Shown here: piece after piece, positions 38,889 to 48,932 of the stretch
Numbering within the stretch: the stretch's first letter is position 1
Layout of the letters: every line of letters starts with the position of its first letter
Source: a virus
Reading direction: 5' to 3' (one strand)
Virus record (IMG/VR): IMGVR_UViG_3300042987_003796
Coordinates: 1 to 64,000 of that record
Length of the DNA stretch: 64,000 bases
Notes under the pieces: model-generated
The model's input: only the letters and a program-made list of their open reading frames with translations
What the model was told of the DNA's origin: nothing
Databases searched by the model: none
Translations under genes and position numbers: made by a program

Positions 38889-39464
38889 ATGTCTTTATCT
38901 ATAAGAGGCGGGTCAACTATTAAAAATAGAATAATAACTGGAAGTAGTGCAAACGAAGATAAGTGCCCATTTTCTGTTACAGCATATGAAACAGAAACAG
39001 TTGGCGAATATAAAGCTTATGTTGAAGATGGCGAAATAAATTTCACAAGTTTTTATAGTAAAAATGGAGGGGGGGCTGCGGCAGCACAAAGATCGATTTC
39101 TCCAAATTGCGAACTGGCATTAATGATAATTTTCACTAGTGACGATTATGAATATAAGTCTATAAAAGAAATTTACGTTGTTGATTTCAGTAGCGATAAT
39201 AGAAGCCAGTACAAAACTCAAGTAACTGACTACGGCGATGGAGCAATGCAAATAACAATGTATATTCCTTTGGCTTATATTTATTTATATACTCCTCCTG
39301 AATCACCGCCAGGCGCTCGCCCGCAAGTAATTGTTAAACAATATTGGTGTGGAAATTTAGATTTTAGATTATATTATACAACCGTAAATGGAGCCCCATT
39401 CTTTGAATTTTTTAAGACTATTGGGTTAACTCCGGGTGAGATTCCAATGCCTCCTCCCGAATAA
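38889..39464 (+). CDS. Hypothetical protein
   Basis: 191-aa ORF with AAAGGAGG upstream; last gene of the + strand block. Confidence 0.65.
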   Translation: MSLSIRGGSTIKNRIITGSSANEDKCPFSVTAYETETVGEYKAYVEDGEINFTSFYSKNGGGAAAAQRSISPNCELALMIIFTSDDYEYKSIKEIYVVDFSSDNRSQYKTQVTDYGDGAMQITMYIPLAYIYLYTPPESPPGARPQVIVKQYWCGNLDFRLYYTTVNGAPFFEFFKTIGLTPGEIPMPPPE

Positions 39465-39470
39465 TAAAAT

Positions 39471-40709
39471 TTATAATTGTCCGGATATTTGTTCGCACCA
39501 CCCCTTAGAAGATGAATGAGGCCAAACTACCCATTTTTTAGGTAAGGTTTCGGTATTGAACTCTCTCCATATTTTACAGTATTTGTCAGGATCTCTCATC
39601 ATTCTTGAGATTTCTGCTTTATCTGCGTCTTTTCTAAAGACTGTTTCTCCTTTTTCGTCATGGAAAGCTACAACCCAGAACTCGTAATCTTTTTCTGGAA
39701 CTTGACTGTATTGAATATCTATGCAATGTTTAAATATTTTTAAAAATGATTTTTCATAGTCTTCTTCATTTTCATAAGAAGGGTTAGGAGGATAGTTTTT
39801 ATCTAAAGTAAACTTTTGAACAGCCCTCCTTTTAAAGGAGATGCCAGCATATCTTTCATAATCTTGAAGAGTTCTTTCTTTTCCAAATCCATATGTTCCA
39901 AAATCTATATTTTCTGTGTTCTTTTCCATTCCGAAAAGAATGCGGTTTCTTTTATGGCATTTGGAGTTTGCTTCCCACCATTGTTTGTGGTCATCCCAAT
40001 GTTTTGTTCTGCCTTTTCTTGTATACTCGTGCCACGCTATGATTTTATGTGGATGAAAAAGATCGTATCCATGAGTATATGCCCTGACAGCTATTGATAT
40101 TTCCTCTCCGTGAAAATAATATTCTGGATCGTGCTGAACGTCCTTGCAAAAGGAGCCGTCTGCAAAGCAAAAGTGAGCAGAATAAAATCTTGATTTAACT
40201 GGCTCATTTAAGTCTTTAAAATTAGGAATTGAGGCGGGTAGAAAAAAAACTATGCCTTCTGGCGTGAATCTGTCAAAGTCCATTCTCCACGGGACTTTTT
40301 CTCTTCCATTTGGGTCGTTGTCTGGATCAAAGCTTGATATGTATCCAGTAAGAAGAGGTTTCTTATATCCTTTTGTTCGAAGTTTTTCAATCATCGAGAT
40401 TAATTCTTCGTCCCAATTTTCTACGAATCTATGATGACTATCTAATTGAAGAGTATAAGTTTCGTTATTATATTCTTGCTGTATTTTATTTCTTGCCCAG
40501 CAAGCTCCTTTTGACTCTTTATAGGGTATGTCAAGAATTTTAAATCTTGAATCATTTTTATATTTATCTAAATTTTCATTTTCGCCGTGTTGCCAAGCAA
40601 TACAAAATCTTAAATTTTCTGGATGTTTTGCATTTTTTATGCAATCATCTAGAGTTGGAATTAATTGAGGATCTTTGTATGAGGCTATTTGAATAAATAT
40701 AGTAGACAT
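39471..40709 (-). CDS. GT-A glycosyltransferase, Skp1 GlcNAc-transferase-like
   Basis: IFIQIASYKD, QLDSHHRF..NWD and FHGEEISIAVRAYTHGYDLFHP motifs. Confidence 0.75.
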   Translation of the reverse strand: MSTIFIQIASYKDPQLIPTLDDCIKNAKHPENLRFCIAWQHGENENLDKYKNDSRFKILDIPYKESKGACWARNKIQQEYNNETYTLQLDSHHRFVENWDEELISMIEKLRTKGYKKPLLTGYISSFDPDNDPNGREKVPWRMDFDRFTPEGIVFFLPASIPNFKDLNEPVKSRFYSAHFCFADGSFCKDVQHDPEYYFHGEEISIAVRAYTHGYDLFHPHKIIAWHEYTRKGRTKHWDDHKQWWEANSKCHKRNRILFGMEKNTENIDFGTYGFGKERTLQDYERYAGISFKRRAVQKFTLDKNYPPNPSYENEEDYEKSFLKIFKHCIDIQYSQVPEKDYEFWVVAFHDEKGETVFRKDADKAEISRMMRDPDKYCKIWREFNTETLPKKWVVWPHSSSKGWCEQISGQL

Positions 40710-40722
40710 CCTACTATATTAT

Positions 40723-41613
40723 TTATTCTTGAGCTTTTTTCCAAGAATTTTCAGAGGGTCTATCTGGAGAACCGGGCTGAGCGGGTTTATAATTTTTGCC
40801 CATTCTTTTCTTTTTTTCTCTTATATTGTCCCATAAACCTTTTCTTTTAGCAGCGTCAGCTTCTTCCATTTCTTCTGGCTCTTGGCTAAACATCACATAG
40901 TTGTGAATAGTTGTAATGTAATCTTCTGCTAAAACCGCCATTTGTTGTAAGAATGGCTCAGATAGATTTTCTTTTACTGATTCGCTTGATAAATTATTTA
41001 ATATATTTTCAGAGAAGGACTTTACGGCTCCTAAGGATCCTATTACCATTTCTGAGAGATCTTCTTTTAGATCCATTAATTCTTCTTCTGGCGTTTCATC
41101 TTCGGAAGCTATTGCGCTAACTGGTTTTGCTGACCACATTTTACAAGACCAGTAATTCGCTTTCCACTTTGGTCCAGGATTGTCGCAATTGTGTCTGGCT
41201 CTATAACTTTTCCTTCTTTCTGGGTCGTCTCTTTTTATTTCCATGTTTGGGTCGCCAAAGTTAACCTTGACTATGTTCCCTTTGTCGTTTTTGACATATA
41301 CAGAAAACTTTTTTGGACCACTTGGGGTTCTGAATGGTTTATTTAGTTTTTTTTGAGCCTCTTTCGCTTCTGCTTCATCTAATACCTCAATTCCATCTTC
41401 ATCTTCTGTTTTGATATTATATGAATACAAAAATTCAGAATCCCCTTCTCCGGCTACCACGGAAGCTTCTGCTTTCGATTTTTCCCACTGAGAATAGCAA
41501 ACTGCGATCCTTTGTTTTTGATCTGGGAAGTCTTTATTTGTTTGCGTGTCTCCTATGCAGCGAGAAACGAAATCAGTTTTTTTTTCTTTATTTTTTGGCT
41601 TTGGAAGAGGCAT
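40723..41613 (-). CDS. Multi-module basic/acidic protein, possible internal head protein
   Basis: Short basic modules (e.g. KVNFGDPNM...RARHNC...YWSC) separated by Glu/Ala-rich linkers. Confidence 0.55.
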   Translation of the reverse strand: MPLPKPKNKEKKTDFVSRCIGDTQTNKDFPDQKQRIAVCYSQWEKSKAEASVVAGEGDSEFLYSYNIKTEDEDGIEVLDEAEAKEAQKKLNKPFRTPSGPKKFSVYVKNDKGNIVKVNFGDPNMEIKRDDPERRKSYRARHNCDNPGPKWKANYWSCKMWSAKPVSAIASEDETPEEELMDLKEDLSEMVIGSLGAVKSFSENILNNLSSESVKENLSEPFLQQMAVLAEDYITTIHNYVMFSQEPEEMEEADAAKRKGLWDNIREKKKRMGKNYKPAQPGSPDRPSENSWKKAQE

Positions 41614-41657
41614 ATATTTATATGTAGTTATATTTCACTGTAAAATTACACTTCTTT

Positions 41658-42041
41658 TTAAGAAAAGACGTGTTTCTTGATGATATATAAAATATAAAAT
41701 ACCAAAATAGAAAAGAAAAAACATGGAAATACGAGTATTATGCTTTTTGTAATTAGAAGTACAGAAAAAAGAGAGAGAAAGCAATTGAGACATATAAAAC
41801 ATGTTGCTAGCCTACAAATAAAACCTGTTATATTTTTTTTTACCCCATAAACAGAACCCAAAAAAGAAATGTAATTTTCGTAATTGTTTGAATTTTCATA
41901 AGTTTTAAACTTATTTAAAAGATATTTTATTCTAAAGATATTAGAAAAAAGCGATACATATTCATATATAAAATCAGTTTGCTGTATTAAAAATACAATA
42001 CACCCAATTGAAACCGGAAGATAAATATAGCTCTCTATCAT
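41658..42041 (-). CDS. Small membrane protein
   Basis: 2-3 hydrophobic segments with CFIC. Confidence 0.6.
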   Translation of the reverse strand: MIESYIYLPVSIGCIVFLIQQTDFIYEYVSLFSNIFRIKYLLNKFKTYENSNNYENYISFLGSVYGVKKNITGFICRLATCFICLNCFLSLFSVLLITKSIILVFPCFFFSILVFYILYIIKKHVFS

Positions 42042-42081
42042 ATTTTATGATAGGTTGCTATTTTTAATTTTCAAAATTAAC

Positions 42082-42110
42082 TTGACACTGGCCCAAAAAT
42101 AAAATACAAT
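42082..42110 (+). promoter_or_regulatory. Sigma70-type promoter
   Basis: TTGACA-17 bp-TACAAT at the head of the right-hand module. Confidence 0.7.
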
Positions 42111-42341
42111 ATTGAACTATATTCCTTGCGAGTCGCAACTCCATACGTTTTTTTTTTAAAAAAATAATTTATTTTCTAGCGAGCGAAGCGATGCTCGGAT
42201 TTTTCTAAAGGCGTTATTTTTATTAAGGCTGCCAATAAAAATACGAACATAAGAATGCCTGCGCAAAAAATATACGCGAGAATATGGCCGGCAATCGTTT
42301 GACTTTTGATAAAAAACTTTTATTATTGCTAAAATAATTAA

Positions 42342-42947
42342 ATGAAAATAAAAACGGTAATAGGCATATCTGGTTTTGCAAGATCGGGAAAAGACACTCT
42401 CGCCTCATTGGTTGATTTGTCTTTGAATCAAAATGGAACAAAATCTAAGATTTTCTCTTTTGCTAGTGCCCTAAAACTTGACATGAAAGATTTTTTTGAA
42501 CAAAAACTTGGAATATCGCCATTTACAAACGATACCATTTTAAAAGAAAAAATAAGACCAATTTTAATCTCTTATGGAAATGTTCAAAGAACTCTCTCTA
42601 ACGGAACCTATTGGTTTAATAGACTAAAGCCAGAAATAAATAAATTTTTTGAAACAGGTGGAGACGTAGCAGTTATTCCAGACCTTAGATTCAAGGAGTA
42701 TGAATTCGACGAGTACGACTTCGTAAGATCCTTTGGATCTAGCTTTATAATAACCGTATCAAGAAAATTAGATGATGGCTCTTTCAACAAGCCGGCACAT
42801 GAATCCGAGGAAAAAAGTTTTCCATTCTTCAAAAATGTAGCAGATTTTAATCTTATCTGGAAGACTCACACAGAAAAATCTTTAATAGAAAAAGATGCAA
42901 AAGAGTGTATAGACTCAATTTTTAAATTTTTAAATTCAAAAAAATGA
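42342..42947 (+). CDS. Deoxynucleoside monophosphate kinase-like
   Basis: GISGFARSGKDT P-loop, FASALK, IPDLRF..E, HESE. Confidence 0.8.
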   Translation: MKIKTVIGISGFARSGKDTLASLVDLSLNQNGTKSKIFSFASALKLDMKDFFEQKLGISPFTNDTILKEKIRPILISYGNVQRTLSNGTYWFNRLKPEINKFFETGGDVAVIPDLRFKEYEFDEYDFVRSFGSSFIITVSRKLDDGSFNKPAHESEEKSFPFFKNVADFNLIWKTHTEKSLIEKDAKECIDSIFKFLNSKK

Positions 42948-43579
42948 AACAAGCAAAACTAAATTCAGATTTCTCTCTAAAAGAAGACATTGAACTAATT
43001 AATTCCGTAAAAAATGGAGACAACGAAGCTATTAAACTATTAATAGATAAACATAGTGGAATATGCGTAGACACTTATAAGAAATATATAAATCTACCAA
43101 ATATATGTGGATTTATTTCAGACGAAATAACATCTAGCAAAGATTATATAATATATAACTCAGCCAAAACCTATGATGCCTCAATGGGAAGCAAATTTTC
43201 AACATGGCTTTCAAACCAGACAAGGTTTTTTTGTTTAAATTGTATTAATAAATATAACAAGCTCGTACCCACAGAAGATCAAAATTTAAATCTTTTAATA
43301 GAATCCAAGAATTTAGAAGAAAAAAAATCTAAACTTCAAAGAGAGGTTAAAAATGAAATGCTGGAAATAATAAAAGAAATATTACCAAACCTATCAAATA
43401 AAAAAATGCAAGAATGTATAAATAGAAAATATTTTTCCTCAGAAGACAGATGCAAAAGTTATACAGAAGTAGCTAATGAAATGAGCGTAACCGTGCAAAC
43501 CGTAATAAATTGGCACAAGAAATTTATAAAATTAATAAAGCAGAAATGCAAAAATAGAAAAATTATATTTGACTTATAG
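42944..43579 (+). CDS. Phage sigma70-family sigma factor
   Basis: Region 2-like (GDNEAIKLLI...KTYD..GSKFSTW) and region 4 HTH (SYTEVANEMSVTVQTV). Confidence 0.8.
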   Translation: MKQAKLNSDFSLKEDIELINSVKNGDNEAIKLLIDKHSGICVDTYKKYINLPNICGFISDEITSSKDYIIYNSAKTYDASMGSKFSTWLSNQTRFFCLNCINKYNKLVPTEDQNLNLLIESKNLEEKKSKLQREVKNEMLEIIKEILPNLSNKKMQECINRKYFSSEDRCKSYTEVANEMSVTVQTVINWHKKFIKLIKQKCKNRKIIFDL

Positions 43580-43597
43580 AAAAAATACGATTATATT
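43569..43597 (+). promoter_or_regulatory. Sigma70-type promoter
   Basis: TTGACT-17-TATATT. Confidence 0.5.
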
Positions 43598-43622
43598 ATT
43601 TAATCTAAAATAAAATAAAAAA

Positions 43623-43916
43623 ATGAGCAACGAAAATCAAAACGCAAAAACATCAAGAGACCAAGAAGCGGGGGCTTTTTGGATTAAAAAGTCAAAAGCA
43701 GGAAACACTTTCCTTTCTGGTTATTTCTTAGACGCAAATAAAGAAAAGGTTAGCGTAGTTGTCTTCAAGAATAACTTCAAGAAGGCTGGAGAGCCATCTC
43801 CAGATTACAGAATTTATCTGTCTGATAATAGCAAAAATCAACAAGCGCAAGTAAATTCAACCGAACAAGCCTCCTCCTCGGAGGAAGCCTCGTCGTCTGA
43901 CGATATCCCATTTTAA
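43623..43916 (+). CDS. Putative ssDNA-binding protein (DUF736-like)
   Basis: GAFW.K.SKAG..FLSG, PDYRI, acidic DDIPF C-terminus. Confidence 0.7.
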   Translation: MSNENQNAKTSRDQEAGAFWIKKSKAGNTFLSGYFLDANKEKVSVVVFKNNFKKAGEPSPDYRIYLSDNSKNQQAQVNSTEQASSSEEASSSDDIPF

Positions 43917-43919
43917 AAA

Positions 43920-45011
43920 ATGGGAAGCTTTAACTTAGAAATACCTATAAATAAGGTATCTTTCGGCAATGTTAGTATAAATATACTATTTGAGCTTTTT
44001 AAACTTGGAAAAAAGCCCAACATAATGCCAATCGGTGGTCAGGCAGATTTTGGAGCTTTTGCCAATTTAGTTGATAAAGACTTCTTAGAATGGTTCAAGT
44101 CCTGCTTTTCAGGAACTCAGTCAAGAATAAATAGAAACGACCCAGGTTTCAAATTATGGCACTTAAATGGGTCGCTAAATTCTTACTCAAAAGATCAGCA
44201 CTTGTTTACCTTTTATGAACTTGATTCCCCAACTTCCGCAGAATTAAATATCGCGAAAAATCAAAAAACTTTATTTTTATCCTCGCTTTATTCTGTTGAT
44301 GTTTTTTCTAAATTAGGCTGTAAAAACGTCACCCATTGTCCATTGGGATTTGATTCAAAGTCTTTTTTTAAAATTGAAAAAAAGCAAGACGATAAAATAG
44401 TTTTTGCCTTAGCGGGAAAATTAGAAAAAAGAAAACAGCATCACAAAGTGTTAAAGGCTTGGGCAAAAAAATACGGAAATAATCCGAACTATTTGCTTAA
44501 TTGCGCCATTAGCAATCCATTTTTAAGCAAGGAACAGCAGGACTCTTCGATTTCTTCAGTTCTTGAAGGTAAAAATTATTTTAATATTAATTTTTTGCCA
44601 TTTATGGATACTAATTTAGTCTACAATAACTATTTAAATAATAATGATATTATTATTGGAATGTCTGCCGCAGAAGGATGGGGTCTTCCAGAGTTCCAAA
44701 GCGTTGCCCTTGGAAAGCATTCTGTCATCTTAAATGCCCACTCTTATAAAGATTGGGCTGATGAAAAAAATTCAGTACTTGTAAATCCAAGCGGTAAAAT
44801 CCCTTGTTACGATGGATTGTTTTTTAATGAAAAACAAGAATTCAACCAAGGTTCATATTTTGACTGGAACGATGAAGAATTTATTTCCGCATGTGAAACA
44901 GCCGAAAAAAGATTCAAGGATAATCCAAATAACCTAGAAGGAGAAAAGCTTACTAAAAAATTCACATGGGAAAAAACTGTAAATATTATACTTGATTCAA
45001 TGGGGGTATAA
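43920..45011 (+). CDS. GT-B (GT4-like) glycosyltransferase
   Basis: GKLEKRK and EGWGLPEFQS motifs. Confidence 0.8.
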   Translation: MGSFNLEIPINKVSFGNVSINILFELFKLGKKPNIMPIGGQADFGAFANLVDKDFLEWFKSCFSGTQSRINRNDPGFKLWHLNGSLNSYSKDQHLFTFYELDSPTSAELNIAKNQKTLFLSSLYSVDVFSKLGCKNVTHCPLGFDSKSFFKIEKKQDDKIVFALAGKLEKRKQHHKVLKAWAKKYGNNPNYLLNCAISNPFLSKEQQDSSISSVLEGKNYFNINFLPFMDTNLVYNNYLNNNDIIIGMSAAEGWGLPEFQSVALGKHSVILNAHSYKDWADEKNSVLVNPSGKIPCYDGLFFNEKQEFNQGSYFDWNDEEFISACETAEKRFKDNPNNLEGEKLTKKFTWEKTVNIILDSMGV

Positions 45012-45012
45012 A

Positions 45013-45411
45013 ATGCCTATTTACCTTTTTCAAAATCCAAAAACTGAAGAAGTTATTGAAGTTATTCAACATATGAATGAAAGTCATACATTCGTAGACT
45101 CCAATGGCCTTGAATACAAAAGAATATATACCGTTCCATCTTCCTCAATAGATTCAAAAATAGACGCTTTTTCTTCAAAAGATTTTGCTGAAAAAACAAG
45201 AAATAAAAAAGGCACAATTGGCGATCTATTAAACGCAAGCAAGGAGTTAAGTGAAAAAAGAGGCGGCGAAAAAAACGATCCAGTTTTAAAAAACTTTCTC
45301 TCTTCATATAAAAAAGAAAAAGGAGTAAAACATTCTTCAGAAATAAAGAAAGAAAAATTAGAAAAAGCAAATAAAAAACTTAAAAAGTTTGGAGTTTCCA
45401 TCTCTGACTAG
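45013..45411 (+). CDS. FmdB-like small protein lacking Zn cysteines
   Basis: Likely start MPIYLFQNPKTEEVIEV. Confidence 0.55.
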   Translation: MPIYLFQNPKTEEVIEVIQHMNESHTFVDSNGLEYKRIYTVPSSSIDSKIDAFSSKDFAEKTRNKKGTIGDLLNASKELSEKRGGEKNDPVLKNFLSSYKKEKGVKHSSEIKKEKLEKANKKLKKFGVSISD

Positions 45412-45471
45412 AGATAGCCTACACGTCATCAATCCTAATTTTTTAATAAAAATTAATATAAAAATATTAAT

Positions 45472-45500
45472 TTGACCCAAGTAAAAATTTACTGTAAACT
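45472..45500 (+). promoter_or_regulatory. Sigma70-type promoter
   Basis: TTGACC-17-TAAACT upstream of nrdB. Confidence 0.5.
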
Positions 45501-45523
45501 TATACTCAGACACAGTAAAAAAT

Positions 45524-46495
45524 ATGATTTTCGACGAACAAATTTCACGTAAGCCAAACTTTTATCCCTGGACAGATAGCTTCATAGAAGCCATGCATAA
45601 CGGTTTTTGGACAGACAAAGAATTTTCTTTTAAATCTGATGTCCAACAATTTAAGGTAAACCTTAGCGAACAGGAAAAAGAAATAATAATACGAACCCTT
45701 TCCGCAATAGGGCAAATAGAAATTGCCGTTAAAACCTTTTGGGCTAAGCTCGGCGAAAACCTCCCACATCCTTCATTACAAGACCTCGGCTACGTAATGG
45801 CTAATACAGAGGTTATTCACAATAACGCCTATGAAAGATTAATATCCACACTTGGATTAGAAGACGTCTTTGAAAAAAATTTAAAACTTGATTGGATCCA
45901 AGGCAGGGTTAAATATTTAAAAAAATATACTCATCGATACTATAAGGATTCTAAAAAACAATACGTTTATGCCTTAACGCTTTTTACATTATTTGTTGAA
46001 AACGTTTCTTTATTCTCTCAATTTTATATTATAAATTGGTTTGCCCGTTTCAAAAACGTGCTTAAAGACACGGATCAGCAAGTAAAATATACAAGAAACG
46101 AAGAAAATATACACGCCTTAGTCGGAGCCAAAATTATCAATACGATAAGAGATGAATATCCAGATCTATTTGACGCAGACTTTATTGAAAAAATTCTTTC
46201 AGAGGCAAAAGAAGCATACGAGTCAGAATCTAAGATAATTGACTGGATGGTAAACGGAATAAAAGAAGAGGGCTTAAATGCTCAAGTATTAAAAGAATTT
46301 GTAAAAAATAGAATAAACGAATCGTTAAAGATGATCGGATTCCCCACGGCTTTCGAAATTGATAAAAGCCTAGTTTCCTCAACTATGTGGTTTGAGGAAG
46401 AATTACTTGGAAACAACATGGTTGACTTTTTTCATTCAAGACCAACCGAATACTCAAAGAAAAACCAATCTTTTTCAGAAGAAGACCTTTTTTAA
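45524..46495 (+). CDS. nrdB: Ribonucleotide reductase class I beta subunit (class Id-like)
   Basis: QIEIAVK, EVIH..AY, VENVSLFSQF, EENIH, DFFH..PTEY. Confidence 0.93.
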   Translation: MIFDEQISRKPNFYPWTDSFIEAMHNGFWTDKEFSFKSDVQQFKVNLSEQEKEIIIRTLSAIGQIEIAVKTFWAKLGENLPHPSLQDLGYVMANTEVIHNNAYERLISTLGLEDVFEKNLKLDWIQGRVKYLKKYTHRYYKDSKKQYVYALTLFTLFVENVSLFSQFYIINWFARFKNVLKDTDQQVKYTRNEENIHALVGAKIINTIRDEYPDLFDADFIEKILSEAKEAYESESKIIDWMVNGIKEEGLNAQVLKEFVKNRINESLKMIGFPTAFEIDKSLVSSTMWFEEELLGNNMVDFFHSRPTEYSKKNQSFSEEDLF

Positions 46496-46508
46496 TACAA
46501 AAAAATAA

Positions 46509-46832
46509 ATGAATAATAATATTATAGAAATAAACGACGGCAATTATAAAAGCATATTAACAATTAATAAAAATGTGTTAGTAGATTTTTATGCAACGTG
46601 GTGCGGTCCATGCAAAATGATAAATCCTATTCTTGAGCTTGTAGCCGCAGATAAAACATTAAAAACAATCATAGCAAAAGTAAACGTAGATAGCTCGCCT
46701 GAATTTTCTACTCTAATGAAAATTAGAGCGGTGCCATCTATTTTTTTCTTTAAAAATGGCAAGTCTCTTGGTAGATTTTCAGAGCAACCTACGCAAAAAA
46801 ATATTATTAATTTTATTAAAAATAATGAGTAA
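46509..46832 (+). CDS. trxA: Thioredoxin
   Basis: VDFYATWCGPCK. Confidence 0.95.
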   Translation: MNNNIIEINDGNYKSILTINKNVLVDFYATWCGPCKMINPILELVAADKTLKTIIAKVNVDSSPEFSTLMKIRAVPSIFFFKNGKSLGRFSEQPTQKNIINFIKNNE

Positions 46833-48480
46833 AGACATTTATTGGCTTAACAAAGACTCAAGAAAATTTCTTGAAAGAGGGTACTTGCTGCAAGGCGAGA
46901 CGGCAGAGCAAAGAATTAGAGATATTTCACTAACGGCAGAAAATTCTTTAAAAATTAAAGACTTTGCCGATAAGTTTGAAAAATATATGACTGCCGGATT
47001 TTATTCTCTTTCAAGCCCAATATGGAGTAATTTCGGACGAAAGAGGGGCTTGCCGATATCATGCTTCGGATCTTGTATTCCAGACACAATGGAAGGAATT
47101 ATGGAGAAAGTTTCTGAGGTGGCAGTAATGACAAAGCATGGAGGGGGAACTTCCGCATATTTTGGCAATCTTCGCGGAAGAGGTACCCCGATTTCATCTG
47201 GAGGGGAATCTACTGGGTCTGTACATTTTATGGAACTATTTGATAAATTAATGAACGTTGTTTCTCAAGGAAACGTTCGTAGGGGGTCATTTGCAGCTTA
47301 CCTTCCGATTGATCACCCAGATATAGAAGAATTTTTGAAAATTAAATCAGAAGGAAGCGAGATTCAAGATATGTCTATTGGCGTATCCGTTTCTGATAAA
47401 TGGATGAAGAAAATGATTGATGGAGATAAAGATGCTCGTAAGATTTGGGGTCTTGTTATTAAGAAGAGGTTTGAATCTGGATATCCTTATATTTTCTTTA
47501 GCGACAATGCCAACAACCAGTCTCCACAAATTTATAAAGATAAGGGGATTAAAATTAACAATTCCAACCTTTGTTCAGAAATCATGCTTTCAAGCTCAGA
47601 AGATGAATCATTTGTTTGCGATTTATCCTCTATGAATTTAGAAACCTGGGAGGAATGGAAAGATACCGACGCCGTAGAAACATTAGTTTATTTTTTGGAC
47701 GCCGTAATGTCAGAGTTTATTGACAAAACTAAAGCGATGAAATTCATGGAAGCGCCAAGAAAGTTTGCTATAAATCAAAGAGCGTTAGGAGTAGGCGTTC
47801 TTGGCTGGCATTCTTTATTGCAATCTAAAATGATTGGATTTGAATCCATGGAAGCCAAAATACTAAATAGTCAAATTTGGAAGACTATTAGAGAAAGAGC
47901 AGATTCAGCCACAAAAAATTTAGCCTCTATTTTTGGAGAAGCTCCTATATATAAAGATTCAGAAGAAAAAAGAAGAAATACAACAACTCTTGCAGTCGCC
48001 CCAACAACATCATCAAGTTTTATTCTCGGTCAAGTATCTCCCAGTATAGAGCCTCTTAATAGTAATTATTTTGTTAAGGATCTTGCTAAAGGCAAGTTTA
48101 CATATAAAAATCCTTATCTTAAAAACCTACTAAAAGAAAAAGGAAAAGACGACGATGAAACCTGGAAATCAATTCTTATAAAGGGCGGAAGCGTTCAGCA
48201 TTTAGACATTTTAAATGAAGACGAAAAAAACGTTTTCAAAACATTCGGAGAAATTTCTCAAAAAGAAATCATAATACAGGCGGCTCAGCGCCAAAAATAT
48301 ATAGATCAAGGTCAAAGTTTAAACATAATGATACCACCAAATACCAAACCTAAAGATGTTAATGAACTTATGATTTTTGCTTGGGAGCAAGGCATAAAAT
48401 CTTTGTATTATCAAAGAAGCGCAAACCCAGCGCAAGAACTTGCTCGTTCAATTTTAAGCTGTAACTCATGCGAGGCATAA
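46825..48480 (+). CDS. nrdA: Ribonucleotide reductase class I alpha subunit, no ATP cone
   Basis: PISCF, NLCSEI, APTTSSS, SLYY, C-terminal CNSC; likely start ATG 46825. Confidence 0.95.
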   Translation: MSKDIYWLNKDSRKFLERGYLLQGETAEQRIRDISLTAENSLKIKDFADKFEKYMTAGFYSLSSPIWSNFGRKRGLPISCFGSCIPDTMEGIMEKVSEVAVMTKHGGGTSAYFGNLRGRGTPISSGGESTGSVHFMELFDKLMNVVSQGNVRRGSFAAYLPIDHPDIEEFLKIKSEGSEIQDMSIGVSVSDKWMKKMIDGDKDARKIWGLVIKKRFESGYPYIFFSDNANNQSPQIYKDKGIKINNSNLCSEIMLSSSEDESFVCDLSSMNLETWEEWKDTDAVETLVYFLDAVMSEFIDKTKAMKFMEAPRKFAINQRALGVGVLGWHSLLQSKMIGFESMEAKILNSQIWKTIRERADSATKNLASIFGEAPIYKDSEEKRRNTTTLAVAPTTSSSFILGQVSPSIEPLNSNYFVKDLAKGKFTYKNPYLKNLLKEKGKDDDETWKSILIKGGSVQHLDILNEDEKNVFKTFGEISQKEIIIQAAQRQKYIDQGQSLNIMIPPNTKPKDVNELMIFAWEQGIKSLYYQRSANPAQELARSILSCNSCEA

Positions 48481-48493
48481 AAAATATAAGAAT

Positions 48494-48919
48494 ATGAATG
48501 TAGAAATTAAACTATTAAATGATAACGCAAAAATACCAGCCAAGTCTTCTGAAGATGACGCTGGATATGATCTTTATTCCTGCAACGACTTTTTTATAAA
48601 ACCGATGGAAAGGTGCTTAGTTAAGACTGGGGTATCCATGAGCATGCCATCTGGATATTATGGCCATATTTCAGATAGAAGCGGTATGGCTCTAAAAAAG
48701 GGAGCGCACTGTATTGGCAAAATAGTTGATCCATCTTACAGGGGCGAAATTGGTATTATTATTTTAAATACAGATATGTATGAGACTATAAAAATACAAA
48801 AAGGAGATAGAGTCGCCCAAATGATTTTTAAAAAATATGAAAATGTAAATTTTATAGAGTCTGAAAGCCTTCAGGAAACAGAAAGAGCTGATAATGGCTA
48901 TGGAAGTTCTGGCAATTAA
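48494..48919 (+). CDS. dut: Trimeric dUTPase
   Basis: AGYDL, RSG, VDPSYRGEI, AQM, R...GYGSSG. Confidence 0.95.
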   Translation: MNVEIKLLNDNAKIPAKSSEDDAGYDLYSCNDFFIKPMERCLVKTGVSMSMPSGYYGHISDRSGMALKKGAHCIGKIVDPSYRGEIGIIILNTDMYETIKIQKGDRVAQMIFKKYENVNFIESESLQETERADNGYGSSGN

Positions 48920-48932
48920 ATATTAAAAATAA

